64,000 bases of DNA from Bacteroidales bacterium (GTDB lineage: Bacteria > Bacteroidota > Bacteroidia > Bacteroidales > UBA3663): NCBI GenBank assembly GCA_045545875.1, contig JAZQBS010000036.1, positions 784 to 64,783 of the forward strand, read 5' to 3'. How positions within the stretch are numbered: position 1 is the stretch's first letter; each line of letters starts with the position of its first letter. Of the stretch, positions 20,508 through 30,518 are shown piece after piece. The notes under the pieces are model-generated. The model was given only the letters and a program-made list of their open reading frames with translations, was not told the DNA's origin and ran no database searches. The translations under genes and the position numbers were made by a program.

Positions 20508-20616
20508 ATTGCAAAGATACGGGGTTTTAGTCAACTCACCAAATATTTTTCTCACTTTTTCATCAAAATGGACGAAAAAATATGTTTTATAACATAAAAT
20601 GACTACCGAACCTATC

Positions 20617-20651
20617 AAAAAAAGGACTGTTGTAGTGTTGCAACAGTCCTT
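20617..20651 (-). terminator. Terminator of the rpmB-rpmG-DUF4295 operon
   Basis: AAGGACTGTTG-loop-CAACAGTCCTT with a T-tract on the minus strand. Confidence 0.8.
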
Positions 20652-20672
20652 AATATTTGGTGTTTTGCAAAT

Positions 20673-20825
20673 TTACTTTGCGATAGCGGCTTTAACCTGC
20701 TCGTTGGGAACCATTTCCTCCTCGAAGATGTAAGCACCGGTCTTAGGAGACTTAACCACACGGATGACCTTGCTGTAGGTACGGCCTTCACCAGTCTGGA
20801 GAGTGGCCACTGCTTTCTTTGCCAT
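20673..20825 (-). CDS. DUF4295 family small protein
   Basis: Manual translation MAKKAVATLQTGEGRTYSKVIRVVKSPKTGAYIFEEEMV...; typical position after rpmG in Bacteroidetes. Confidence 0.88.
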   Translation of the reverse strand: MAKKAVATLQTGEGRTYSKVIRVVKSPKTGAYIFEEEMVPNEQVKAAIAK

Positions 20826-20881
20826 AGTCTGTGAACTTTAATTTTTAACGATTAACTAATATTCAATATCCGTAGGATGGA

Positions 20882-21070
20882 TTACTTGATCTCCTTATGG
20901 ATGGTGTAGCGCTTGAGGAATGGGTTGTACTTCTTCAGCTCAAGACGCTCGGTTGTATTCTTACGGTTCTTGGTGGTGATGTAACGCGACATACCAGCTA
21001 CGCCGCTCGACTTCTGCTCAGTGCACTCCAGGATAACCTGTACGCGATTGCCCTTAACTTTCTTTGCCAT
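20882..21070 (-). CDS. rpmG: 50S ribosomal protein L33
   Basis: [34 protein letters not shown]. Confidence 0.97.
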   Translation of the reverse strand: MAKKVKGNRVQVILECTEQKSSGVAGMSRYITTKNRKNTTERLELKKYNPFLKRYTIHKEIK

Positions 21071-21090
21071 AGTATTCTTGTAGCTTTAGA

Positions 21091-21321
21091 TTATTCAATA
21101 ACATAACCTGCATCCTTCAGGGCTGCAGAAATACCCTTTTTGTTGATGGTACGGATACCAGCTGCACTAACCTTGAGATAGATATAATCATCAAGCTCAG
21201 GAACGTAGAACTTCTTTACCTGCAGGTTGACGTTGAAGATGCGCTTTGTGCGACGCTTCGAATGTGAAACGTTATTTCCACTACCTGCCTTCTTACCAGT
21301 GATCTGACAAATCTTAGACAT
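21091..21321 (-). CDS. rpmB: 50S ribosomal protein L28
   Basis: [27 protein letters not shown]. Confidence 0.97.
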   Translation of the reverse strand: MSKICQITGKKAGSGNNVSHSKRRTKRIFNVNLQVKKFYVPELDDYIYLKVSAAGIRTINKKGISAALKDAGYVIE

Positions 21322-21545
21322 TGTTGTTCGTTTTTTTGTTTTTTGTAAATCTTTTTTCCAACCGCCGAAAGGCGGATGGAAGCCACCTTTGCAAAAAATC
21401 GGACTGGTTAATGGAAACCCTGACAGTCGGGCGGTCCAATTTTTAATTTGGTTGTTAAAATCGCTGCGCAATGAGTTTCACCCCTCAAAACGCGGGTGCA
21501 AAGATACTAATTCTCACGCGTGCGAACAAATTATCAACTCTCTTT

Positions 21546-22046
21546 TTATTCAATTTGCTGTAAAAGAGTAAGCAAAAGTTCCAAAGCGGCATCTGCGCTT
21601 TGCAAAATAACGGCCTCCCGGCTCCCTTTGAAGTGGTAGGTCGAGCTCACGCACTGGTCTTTGCAGATGGCTGCAATGCACACCGTACCCACCGGTTTGC
21701 CTGGCTCTGCACCGCCTGGTCCGGCTATGCCTGTGGTGGCTACTGCGCAGTCACTCTTCAGCAGGCGAGCCACGCCCATAGCCATCTGCTGTGCCGTGCT
21801 TTCACTCACCACTCCGCCGACGTTCACGTCTACGCCCAACACCTCTTCTTTCACGCTCACCGCATAACTCGTCACCGAGCCCTTAAAGTATGCCGACGAT
21901 CCAGGTATCTGCGCTACCATCGACGCAATCGTGCCTCCCGTCAGCGACTCTGCCGCCGACACCGTCAGTCCCTTCTCAAGCATGACACTCTTCAGCCGAC
22001 GCCCCAGCGTCGAGAACTTTCGTTCCTCTGATCCTTTATATCTCAT
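21546..22046 (-). CDS. CinA C-terminal domain protein (NMN deamidase, PncC-like)
   Basis: AESLTGG, PGSSAYF, GVVSE..A..MA, TTGIAGPGG, KPVGTV. Confidence 0.9.
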   Translation of the reverse strand: MRYKGSEERKFSTLGRRLKSVMLEKGLTVSAAESLTGGTIASMVAQIPGSSAYFKGSVTSYAVSVKEEVLGVDVNVGGVVSESTAQQMAMGVARLLKSDCAVATTGIAGPGGAEPGKPVGTVCIAAICKDQCVSSTYHFKGSREAVILQSADAALELLLTLLQQIE

Positions 22047-22402
22047 ATTCTATATTATTTTAAAAGAATAATTATCAAAAAAAACATCAAAATCACCCCG
22101 CAAAAATACGCAAAATTCCCCATCCCACCAAACATTTCCCCCATTTTCCGCCCATTCACCCCCCCAATCTTCCTAAAATCGCCCGAAATCGCCTGACCCT
22201 ACAAAAAAAATACATCCTCTCAATAAACCTTTCCCCCTCCTCACCGTCAAAATATAGAGAGCGGCTCCCAACAGCCGCCTCTCATTTATGTCCCCTTGGG
22301 CCGTCCCCATCCGTGGCAGCCCCCTTGTCCCCTTCAACAGCCATCTATGGCTACCGACCTCACCACTCTTGTTTGACTGTACTCATCCCTTCCCGCCCCT
22401 CT

Positions 22403-23083
22403 ATGAATCGCCTCCTCCCCCTTCTCTTAGCCCTCCTCTCCCTCCCGCTCTTCGCCCAGCAGCAGGGCGTCCCCTTTAATGGCATCGTCTCCGACATCTC
22501 CGGCACCCCCGTTAAGGGCGCCCGCATCTATATCTCCAAAGGTCGAGTAGCCCGCTCCGATAAACAGGGACGTTTCGGACTCACCGACGTCGCAGCCACC
22601 GACACCATCCACATCTATTACAAGAAACGCACATATGACATCCCCGTCGAAGGCCGTAGGAGCCTCCGCGTTCGTCTCGGCGACCAACTGCAGGCACAGG
22701 AAGATCAGGAACTCGTCAACTGGGGATATGGCTTCGTGAAGAAACGTGAGAGCCTCGAGATTAGCAGTGGCATCTCTGGTGAAGACCTAGTCCGCTCTGG
22801 TTACACCAACATTACCATGGCCCTCCAGGGGCGTGTTCCCGGCCTCGTCGTCAACCAGACTGGCCGTCCTGGTCAGGACGCCGAACTTAACATCCGAGGC
22901 ACCAACAGTTTCTATGCCGACCAGACACCTCTCTTCGTCGTCGATGGCATGATAGTCGAAAGCCTTGACTTCATCAGTGTTTACGACGTCGATCACATTG
23001 AGGTCCTCAAGGAAGCCTCCATCTATGGCTCCCGAGGTGCTAACGGCGCCATCCTCGTCACCACCAAGCGCGGTCCCAAATAA
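22403..23083 (+). CDS. TonB-dependent receptor plug-domain protein without a barrel
   Basis: Signal peptide, carboxypeptidase-regulatory-like N-domain, LQGRVPG, IRG, PLFVVDG, IEVLK..SIYGSRGANGAILVTTK, then stop. Confidence 0.85.
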   Translation: MNRLLPLLLALLSLPLFAQQQGVPFNGIVSDISGTPVKGARIYISKGRVARSDKQGRFGLTDVAATDTIHIYYKKRTYDIPVEGRRSLRVRLGDQLQAQEDQELVNWGYGFVKKRESLEISSGISGEDLVRSGYTNITMALQGRVPGLVVNQTGRPGQDAELNIRGTNSFYADQTPLFVVDGMIVESLDFISVYDVDHIEVLKEASIYGSRGANGAILVTTKRGPK

Positions 23084-23176
23084 GGTTCCCAGCTTTTCTC
23101 TGCAAGCAGCAGTTCAACCGCTGCCCTAGTCCTTTTATTCAGTATGCAGCCATGTCATGGTTGCCCATCCATCCCT

Positions 23177-23593
23177 ATGAAACACGTCATTCCCCTCCTT
23201 CTTTCCCTCCTGTTGCTCATGTCTGCCCCCCTCGAAGCCCAGACCCTTCGCAACGCCAACAATGCTACCATCGGAAAAGTTGAGAGCAACGGCACCATCC
23301 GCAACGCTAACAACGCAACCATCGGCAAGGTCGAATCCGACGGCACCATCCGCAACGCCAACAACGCCCGCATCGGCAAGATCGAGTCCGACGGCACCAT
23401 CCGTAACGCCAACAATGCCACCATCGGCAAAATCGAATCCGATGGCACAGTTCGCAATGCCAGCAACGCTACTATCGGTAAAGTCCAGTCCGACGGCACC
23501 GTTCGCAATGCCAACAACGCGACCATTGGCAAAGCCGAAGGCGTCGATCGCAAAATCGCCGCAGTCCTCTTCTTCATGCACCTCCTCGAATAG
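23177..23593 (+). CDS. Secreted 17-aa repeat protein, probable beta-flower family
   Basis: Signal peptide, about 6 x TIRNANNATIGKIESDG (51-bp DNA repeats), hydrophobic C-terminal helix. Confidence 0.75.
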   Translation: MKHVIPLLLSLLLLMSAPLEAQTLRNANNATIGKVESNGTIRNANNATIGKVESDGTIRNANNARIGKIESDGTIRNANNATIGKIESDGTVRNASNATIGKVQSDGTVRNANNATIGKAEGVDRKIAAVLFFMHLLE

Positions 23594-23661
23594 CTACCCC
23601 CCTTTTGTTCTGTATACAGCCATTATATGGCTACTCTTATCACTCTTAACCCCCATCACAC

Positions 23662-24693
23662 ATGACCCGCAACACACTTCTCCCCCTCGTGGCTGCCGTC
23701 CTTCTACTCAGCTGCAGCAACGAAAAGCGTCCACCCCATCCCGAGTTCGATCCCACCTATCCCGACGTACATGACCCCGTCCTCGCCATCGGCGAAGACG
23801 GACGCTACTACATCTTCTCCACCGGTGTAGGTGTAGGCGTCATGTCGTCCGCTGACTTGAAGACCTGGCGTCAAGAACTCTCCGTCTTCGACCGTGAAGC
23901 CATACCCCAATGGGCCAAAGACACCGTCCCCGGCTATTGGGGCCACACCTGGGCACCCGACATCAGCTACCGCAACGGCCAGTGGTACCTCTACTACTCC
24001 TGCTCCACCTTCGGCAAGAACGGCAGTGCCATCGGCCTCGCCGTCAACAAGACCCTCGACCCCAAATCTCCCGACTTCCGGTGGCGTGACCAAGGTCCCG
24101 TTGTCGTCTCACACAAAGGCGTCACCAACTGGAACGCCATCGACCCCAACCTCTGCGAAGACTACCTCGTCTGGGGCTCGTTCTGGGACGGCATCCAGCT
24201 CCAGCAGCTGGCTCCGGACCTCCGCACACCTCTCGGCGAACCTGTCACCGTAGCTCGTCGCATCAATCGCCATCGTGAAATCAGCGAGGTCCCCATCACC
24301 GTCGAAGGTAAGGATACCATCGAAGCCGGCGATAACGCCATCGAAGCACCCTTCATCTTCAAGCGCGGCGATTGGTACTATCTCCTCGTGAGCCACGACT
24401 ACTGCTGCCGCGGCAAGAACTCCACCTACAAGGTCGCCTACGGTCGTAGCCAGTCCATCACTGGTCCCTATCTCGACCGCGATGGCAAAGACCTCGCTTA
24501 TGGCGGAGGAACCCTCCTCGTAGGCCCCGACGAGCGCTACTACGGTGTCGGCCACTGCTCTGTCTATCAGTTACCCGACGGCAATTGGTACTACATCTCC
24601 CACGCCTACGACTCCGAGTTCGGTGCCCGCGCCAAACTCTTCATCCGTCCCCTCCAATTCTCCCCCGACGACTGGTTCACCCTCGCCGAGTGA
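23662..24693 (+). CDS. GH43 arabinanase-type lipoprotein
   Basis: Lipobox LLSC, VHDP, WAPD, NAIDP, WGSFWDGI, AIEAPFI. Confidence 0.9.
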   Translation: MTRNTLLPLVAAVLLLSCSNEKRPPHPEFDPTYPDVHDPVLAIGEDGRYYIFSTGVGVGVMSSADLKTWRQELSVFDREAIPQWAKDTVPGYWGHTWAPDISYRNGQWYLYYSCSTFGKNGSAIGLAVNKTLDPKSPDFRWRDQGPVVVSHKGVTNWNAIDPNLCEDYLVWGSFWDGIQLQQLAPDLRTPLGEPVTVARRINRHREISEVPITVEGKDTIEAGDNAIEAPFIFKRGDWYYLLVSHDYCCRGKNSTYKVAYGRSQSITGPYLDRDGKDLAYGGGTLLVGPDERYYGVGHCSVYQLPDGNWYYISHAYDSEFGARAKLFIRPLQFSPDDWFTLAE

Positions 24694-24715
24694 GTCCTAC
24701 GTATCCGTATTCGCC

Positions 24716-24763
24716 AAAAAGCCCCTCTATCTCCCCAAACAAGTGGATAGAGGGCCTCTTTTT
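24716..24763 (+). terminator. Terminator after the GH43 gene
   Basis: CCCTCTATC...GATAGAGGG followed by a T-tract. Confidence 0.65.
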
Positions 24764-24945
24764 CATTATTCTTTAATTCTCAAATTCGACACAGGGCGGA
24801 GACCAGAATCAAAATATCATGAGGAATTCGAAAAGAATCCAGTCTGCGGAGAGCTCGGGAAGAGTCAGATTTTTCCAGTTTTTATTTGTGTATATCAAAA
24901 TAAATCCTTATCTTTGCCGCATCATTTCAATAGAAATAAAAGAAA

Positions 24946-25716
24946 ATGGAAGAGAATGGAATAAACAATAATCAAGCAAAGTATAACCAAGCATCTACGG
25001 AAGAAATGAATCTCGAACTGAATGAGGACAAAGGGCCTAAAGAGGGTTTTTCATTCAATTGGATTTCCTTTGCTTTGGGTGTGGCTTTCTGGTATTGGTG
25101 GTGTGAAGGAAATGTTGACTGGATATTCTACATCTATATAGCCATTGTGGTTCTTATTCATGAACTGGGCCATGTGATCATAGGTACGTCATTCGGATGC
25201 CGCATCAAGGTGATGCAGGTGTTCTTTATCCCGTTTCTGACCTATAGGCCAAAACATGTATCAAGAGGTGTTTGGTGGCGTGATATCATATGGAGTCTGG
25301 GAGTGCTTCCCTTGGGTGGTGTCACTATGTTCACGACCGAGGGGGAGGGTAATATCAGAGATAAGCCTGCGTGGCAACGTCTGCTCATCTCGGCAGCTGG
25401 GGTGCTGTTCAATTTCGCCACATTTCTCATTCTGTATATTGCTATGCAATTTATGTCGAGAGGCGGAAATGAAATATTGATGCCATTGGCATCCGTATCT
25501 CTAATTCTGGGGATACTGAACATTATCCCCATCTATCCGCTTGATGGCGGGGCTATCGTGTTTGCGCTATTCGAGATAATTACGGGCAAGAAGCCTTCTC
25601 CAAAGTTCACTATGATTTGCGGAAAAATAGGGTTCATCTTCATCATCATTTTCTTCTGGTTCTTTCCAGAGTGGCTGAATAGAATTTTGGATATCATATT
25701 TGGTGCATTATTTTGA
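24946..25716 (+). CDS. Site-2 protease (M50) family membrane protein
   Basis: HELGH, LPLGG, AAGVLFN, NIIPIYPLDGG. Confidence 0.88.
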   Translation: MEENGINNNQAKYNQASTEEMNLELNEDKGPKEGFSFNWISFALGVAFWYWWCEGNVDWIFYIYIAIVVLIHELGHVIIGTSFGCRIKVMQVFFIPFLTYRPKHVSRGVWWRDIIWSLGVLPLGGVTMFTTEGEGNIRDKPAWQRLLISAAGVLFNFATFLILYIAMQFMSRGGNEILMPLASVSLILGILNIIPIYPLDGGAIVFALFEIITGKKPSPKFTMICGKIGFIFIIIFFWFFPEWLNRILDIIFGALF

Positions 25717-25787
25717 TTTCATATAAAATGGTACATAAGGTAAAATTCATGATCTATTGCCGGGTTGCGAAAAAGGCTAGTGAAGGC

Positions 25788-26048
25788 ATGAAAAAAAGTG
25801 TTTCATGGTATTGCTTCAACAAGAGGAATGACGAAACATATGAAGCGGAACTAGATGAGTCGTGGACTGAAGGAAGTCACTATGGGGGTGGTACCATCAA
25901 CAGGGAAATACCTACTGAATGGTTCGACCTCTCGTATGACGAATTCCTTGAACGCGTCATCACGCTGGCTTCTGCTTCAAAATATGGCTTCACCATCGAT
26001 GACCTTAAAGAGAAGAAAGGGCTGAAGGAGTTCTTTGGGTTCGAATAG
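25788..26048 (+). CDS. Hypothetical protein
   Basis: ORF 25713-26048; start uncertain (MKKSVSWY chosen). Confidence 0.6.
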   Translation: MKKSVSWYCFNKRNDETYEAELDESWTEGSHYGGGTINREIPTEWFDLSYDEFLERVITLASASKYGFTIDDLKEKKGLKEFFGFE

Positions 26049-26182
26049 AAACAAAAGACTCCTTGGGCCTACCCCTCTCCACTATTCCACAAACAACAGG
26101 AGCAGAATACCTTTGACACTTGATTATACTTTATTACTAACTGTACTGAAATGTGAGACGTCCGAGAATACTTTCCCTATAA

Positions 26183-27088
26183 TTACCATTTAATATTATC
26201 ATGACTTAGAGTCATTTGTGCGAGAGGATGCCCTAGCCTTGCAGCCTTTTTGAGCAATTCAATGCCATATTCTTTCTCGGTTGTCGTATTTTTGTATATA
26301 AAACCAAGATTATTTAGAACTACCGGGTCCTCATTATCTATTTCGAAACATTTCTCCAAGTACCGTATGGCTTCCTTTTGATTTCCTGTAGCTATTTCCA
26401 CATGGGATAACAAATAATAGGCATCAAAATCATTTTGATGTGTGCTCAACATTTTCCGTGCCCATATTTTAGCCATGGAGTAGTTTTTTTGCTTCATATG
26501 AATGATGGCTAACAAATACATAACATCCTCATTATTGGAATCGTGCGCAATTAACTCATTTGCAATCTCAAGAGCATCCTCAAACTTAGATTTATCTACA
26601 CATAAAATACAATATTTATGCAAAATAACGTAACAAGAAAGACTATAATCTGAAAAATCGATATCTTTCCGATTCGGGTTTGTAGCAACAAAATCCTTTA
26701 AAGAAGAGTATGCGGCATCCCTGACACCATAATTGTTTTTCTCTCTCTCTTCACTTTCTTCGTATTGGAGATATAATATATACCCTTTCAAGCCGTATGC
26801 TTCGTAACCTTGTCTAAGAGCCAATGCTTTGTTACAATAAGAAATAGCCGTCTTCGGCTTATTGAGCAGAAATGAAGAGTAAGCAGCATCCAAGTATTCA
26901 AGATATTTTCCCTCATAACCCAAAGAAGCCAGATACTTATCATACCAATTCTCAATAGGCTTGTCAATTTTGATTTTTACAGAACTGTCTTGAAGAGTAT
27001 CCTCGCTTTCATCGAATGAAACATCATTCGATTGCGTTGTACAACTGACTAAAAGAAACAAACCGATGATAATGGTATAAAAATACAT
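26183..27088 (-). CDS. TPR-repeat lipoprotein (AT-rich)
   Basis: Lipobox LVSC, TPR-like helices, C-terminal Sel1-like KKAARLG. Confidence 0.75.
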   Translation of the reverse strand: MYFYTIIIGLFLLVSCTTQSNDVSFDESEDTLQDSSVKIKIDKPIENWYDKYLASLGYEGKYLEYLDAAYSSFLLNKPKTAISYCNKALALRQGYEAYGLKGYILYLQYEESEEREKNNYGVRDAAYSSLKDFVATNPNRKDIDFSDYSLSCYVILHKYCILCVDKSKFEDALEIANELIAHDSNNEDVMYLLAIIHMKQKNYSMAKIWARKMLSTHQNDFDAYYLLSHVEIATGNQKEAIRYLEKCFEIDNEDPVVLNNLGFIYKNTTTEKEYGIELLKKAARLGHPLAQMTLSHDNIKW

Positions 27089-27117
27089 AAAATGATTAAA
27101 AGCTATATTGAATAATT

Positions 27118-27567
27118 CTACGTCGCGGGACCGTCTTGAGGAATTTCGGGGATGGGCTTGAAGATGACTTCGATGCCGGCACGGCGGAGGAGATCGACAC
27201 CGTCGGTGAGACGGTACTCACGGGCGTAGATAACGCGCTTGATGCCGCACTGGATGATGAGTTTGGAACACTCGATGCAGGGGCTATCAGTGACGTAGAG
27301 GGTGGCGCCATCACTCGAATTGTGGCTCTTGGCGACCTTGGTGATGGCATTTGCTTCGGCATGGAGGACGTAGGGCTTAGAACGATTGTCTTCAGTCTCG
27401 CAATCGTTCTCGAAGCCTGTGGGTGTACCGTTGTAACCATCGCTGATGATCATCTTTTCCTTGACGATAAGACAACCTACCTGACGGCGCTTACAGTAGG
27501 AGTTTTCGGCCCAGATGGCGGCCATGCGCAGATAGCGGTGATCGAGAAGTTCTTGTTTGGTGGGCAT
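27118..27567 (-). CDS. dCMP deaminase family protein
   Basis: SYCKRRQVG, DGYNGTP, HAEANAI, SPCIEC. Confidence 0.93.
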   Translation of the reverse strand: MPTKQELLDHRYLRMAAIWAENSYCKRRQVGCLIVKEKMIISDGYNGTPTGFENDCETEDNRSKPYVLHAEANAITKVAKSHNSSDGATLYVTDSPCIECSKLIIQCGIKRVIYAREYRLTDGVDLLRRAGIEVIFKPIPEIPQDGPAT

Positions 27568-27670
27568 GGGAGGGATTTTTTAGGAGCAGCCAAAGATGGC
27601 TGCTGACGTTAACACGAGGAATGAAAGAGCTCAAAGATAGGCGCGACGGGGGACATGAGGGGACCGCTGG

Positions 27671-29302
27671 CTATTCGCTGAAAAGGGAAAGGCCTTTGAG
27701 GTAGGTCTTGTCGCTGCTGTTAAACTCCTGATAGAAGTAGTTCTCGTCCTTGCATTGGCGCATGATGTAGGCGATGATGAGACGCTCCATCTCGGCACCG
27801 CTACGCTGCAGTTCGCGAGAAGTGGGACGACCAATCTTTGGAGCTGCGAAGTTGATGAAGGAATTGAGAAGACCCTGGCCTTCGAGATAATTCTGCAACG
27901 ACTTGAAATCCTTGTAGGAGGTTACCGTTTCGCGATGATTGTCGCTGTATTGGAACGCGAAGGAATACATCAGGCTGATGGACTTGTTGTAATAAGCTGA
28001 GACGTAGGTGGTGTCGCTGGGGACGAAGTAGTCGGGCATGATGCCACCGCCGCCATAGACCGTGCGTCCGCTCAAAGTAGTATAGACGAGCGAATCGGCG
28101 AAGTGGATGGAGTCCTGGTTGTAGAACTCGCCACGTTCGTAACGATTGATGAGGTCCATCTGATAGTCTTCGCCCTCCCCCATCGAATATGGCTTCTGGA
28201 TGCAGCGGCCCGAGGGGGTGTGGTAGCGTGCGATGGTGAGGCGCAAGGCTGAACCATCATAGAGATCAAACTGCTGCTGGACGAGACCTTTGCCGAAGGA
28301 GCGACGACCTACAATCTGGGCACGATCGTTATCCTGCATGGCTCCGGCAAAAATTTCGGAAGCCGAGGCAGACCATTCGTCGATGAGGACGACGACAGGA
28401 TCGTTCTGGAAGTTGCCACGTCCGTCGGCATTGTGGTCCTGACGTGGTTGCGAACGGCCTTCGGTATAGACGATGAGTTGATTGTTGCCCAGGAACTCGT
28501 TGACCATGGCGATGCAAATCTCAAGATAGCCGCCACCATTGCCACGGAAGTCGAGCAGATAGCCCTTGGCTCCATGGGCACGCAAGTTGACGAGAGCGGT
28601 GAAGAACTCGTTGTAGGTGTTGCGTCCGAAGTTGTCAATCTTGATATAGCCAATATTGCCCTCCATATATTGAGCAACGACGCTATTGACAGGAATCTCA
28701 CCACGCTCCACGTCGAAATGGAGCAAATCGCTTGCTGTATTACGACGAATGCCGAGTTTGACTACAGAGCCCGTCTCTCCACGCAGGGTCTTGAGCACCA
28801 CGTCGTTGTTGATCTTCTTGCCGACGAAGAGGGAGTCATCAACGGTAACGATGCGGTCTCCGGGCTGAATACCCACCTTTTCGGAGGGACCACCCGAAAT
28901 GACCTGGATGACCATGACGGTATCCTGCTGGATATTGAACTGGATGCCCACGCCACTGAACGAGCCTTCGAGCTGTTCGGTGACGGCGGTCATGTCTTCG
29001 CGTGAGATGTAGGAAGAATGCGGGTCAAGTTCCTCGACGATAGTGGGGATGGCATCCTCAACGAGGTTCTGGAGGTCGAGAGTATCGACGTAGCGGTCGC
29101 GTAGGAGGTCGAAGAGATAGACAAGCTTGGCAGAGGCCTCGCTGCTGGTGAGGCCGCCACGGCTCATCTTGTTGAGGTCGTGATGTTCGGATTGATAGAC
29201 ATGTATCTCGTTGGCCATACGGGCTTCGCCGAGCTTGATGCCGACGAAGAGGACGGCGGCTACGAGGAGGCTGGTGATAAAAGGAATCCAGTATTTTTTC
29301 AT
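27671..29302 (-). CDS. S41 family carboxyl-terminal processing protease
   Basis: LDPHS, PDZ domain, DFRGNGGG, SASASEI, FGKGLVQ, GGGI.PD. Confidence 0.93.
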   Translation of the reverse strand: MKKYWIPFITSLLVAAVLFVGIKLGEARMANEIHVYQSEHHDLNKMSRGGLTSSEASAKLVYLFDLLRDRYVDTLDLQNLVEDAIPTIVEELDPHSSYISREDMTAVTEQLEGSFSGVGIQFNIQQDTVMVIQVISGGPSEKVGIQPGDRIVTVDDSLFVGKKINNDVVLKTLRGETGSVVKLGIRRNTASDLLHFDVERGEIPVNSVVAQYMEGNIGYIKIDNFGRNTYNEFFTALVNLRAHGAKGYLLDFRGNGGGYLEICIAMVNEFLGNNQLIVYTEGRSQPRQDHNADGRGNFQNDPVVVLIDEWSASASEIFAGAMQDNDRAQIVGRRSFGKGLVQQQFDLYDGSALRLTIARYHTPSGRCIQKPYSMGEGEDYQMDLINRYERGEFYNQDSIHFADSLVYTTLSGRTVYGGGGIMPDYFVPSDTTYVSAYYNKSISLMYSFAFQYSDNHRETVTSYKDFKSLQNYLEGQGLLNSFINFAAPKIGRPTSRELQRSGAEMERLIIAYIMRQCKDENYFYQEFNSSDKTYLKGLSLFSE

Positions 29303-29438
29303 TAGAGACTTTAAAAGGGAAATGAGGCAGCCGAGAAGGGATGCTTAGCAGCCAAACACGGCTGCTGTCGGAGACACAGAGGGTGACAAAGGAACGTGGA
29401 GAGGCGCGATGGCAACGCGCCATACAGGACGAGGGGAA

Positions 29439-30518
29439 TTACTGGGCGTCAGTTTGTTCGAAAAGCTTGATGGCGCCAGTAGAGGGAACGAAGAGGGCGG
29501 AACAAGGACGCTTCTTGTTGGTGAACTGGCCTTGAGGGAGCATCTCGACATGGCCGAACTGGGCCATAGGGATGTTGCCTTCAGCGAGGACAGATTTGGC
29601 GTTGTAGAGGGTTATGTGGGCCTTGCCGGGGACGCAGTATGCGATGCCCTTCTCGAGTTTTTTGCGAGCGTTGACATCCATCTCGGACATGCGGTTGTCC
29701 TCGAGGATGGAGACGCCGACGTAGAAGGGTGCACCAGAATAGTCATCATTAGAGACAAAGCCGAGTTCGCGCGAGAGACGGAAAACAAGTTCACGTTCCA
29801 CCTCGTCGTTGGGAATGTAGTCGAAAGTGCGTACCACGTCAGTCTCGGTGGTGGTACCGACGAAGAGGGAGAGCAGGGCATCCTCCTGGGCGGTGAGATG
29901 GTCGAGCATGAGTTGCAACTGTGCGCCATCGTTGGGCACATTGTCGGCTTCGCCACGGATGAGATCAGAACGACTCTCACGAATGCTGAAGATCTCTTCG
30001 GCAACCAGTTCGGCCTGCTTTGCCTTACTGCCGGCCTTGAGCAGATCGCTGGTCATCACATCGGTGGGTTTGAACTTCAGAGAAGTTGACTTTTGGAGTT
30101 GAGATGGCATCTCAACAGACGAAACAGGTTGTTCGGGCTTCTGGTTGATGGACCAGAGGCAGCGGTCGTCGGTGAGATAAAAGGTGGGAAGAGCAGCCTT
30201 GTCGCTGAAATAGATATGATAGGTACGTGCAGTGTCGGCCTGGGCAGCACCACGGAGTTGTATCTGGGTGATTTCCCAAGTGACCTGGTCCTGCTGGGGC
30301 ACATCCTTCAGGCCGAGATACTTCTCAGCATACATTGCGAACTCTCCGGCCACAACCTTGGTGCAGTGGGCAGAGACCTGAATCTGTATTTTGGTGATAG
30401 GCAGGCTATAGGTGAGACCATAGTCAAAATTGTCGCCGATGGTGACTTGCTGCACGTTTTGTGCGAGGGCGGTGGTGGTGATGAATGCGGTGAGGACCGC
30501 GAGGGGGAAAATTTTCAT
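29439..30518 (-). CDS. DUF4831-like secreted protein
   Basis: Signal peptide, GLTYSLP, GEFAMYAEKYLG, AQFG, TGAI. Confidence 0.75.
   Translation of the reverse strand: MKIFPLAVLTAFITTTALAQNVQQVTIGDNFDYGLTYSLPITKIQIQVSAHCTKVVAGEFAMYAEKYLGLKDVPQQDQVTWEITQIQLRGAAQADTARTYHIYFSDKAALPTFYLTDDRCLWSINQKPEQPVSSVEMPSQLQKSTSLKFKPTDVMTSDLLKAGSKAKQAELVAEEIFSIRESRSDLIRGEADNVPNDGAQLQLMLDHLTAQEDALLSLFVGTTTETDVVRTFDYIPNDEVERELVFRLSRELGFVSNDDYSGAPFYVGVSILEDNRMSEMDVNARKKLEKGIAYCVPGKAHITLYNAKSVLAEGNIPMAQFGHVEMLPQGQFTNKKRPCSALFVPSTGAIKLFEQTDAQ

Noticed and set aside
22080-22400. Extremely C-rich intergenic stretch as a G-quadruplex or i-motif element
   Set aside because: It matches the general pyrimidine-rich sense-strand bias of this region, and I see no regular G-tract spacing.
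23240-23540. 51-bp tandem repeat as a non-coding array
   Set aside because: It is in-frame, varies mainly at third codon positions, and follows a signal peptide, so it is a protein repeat.
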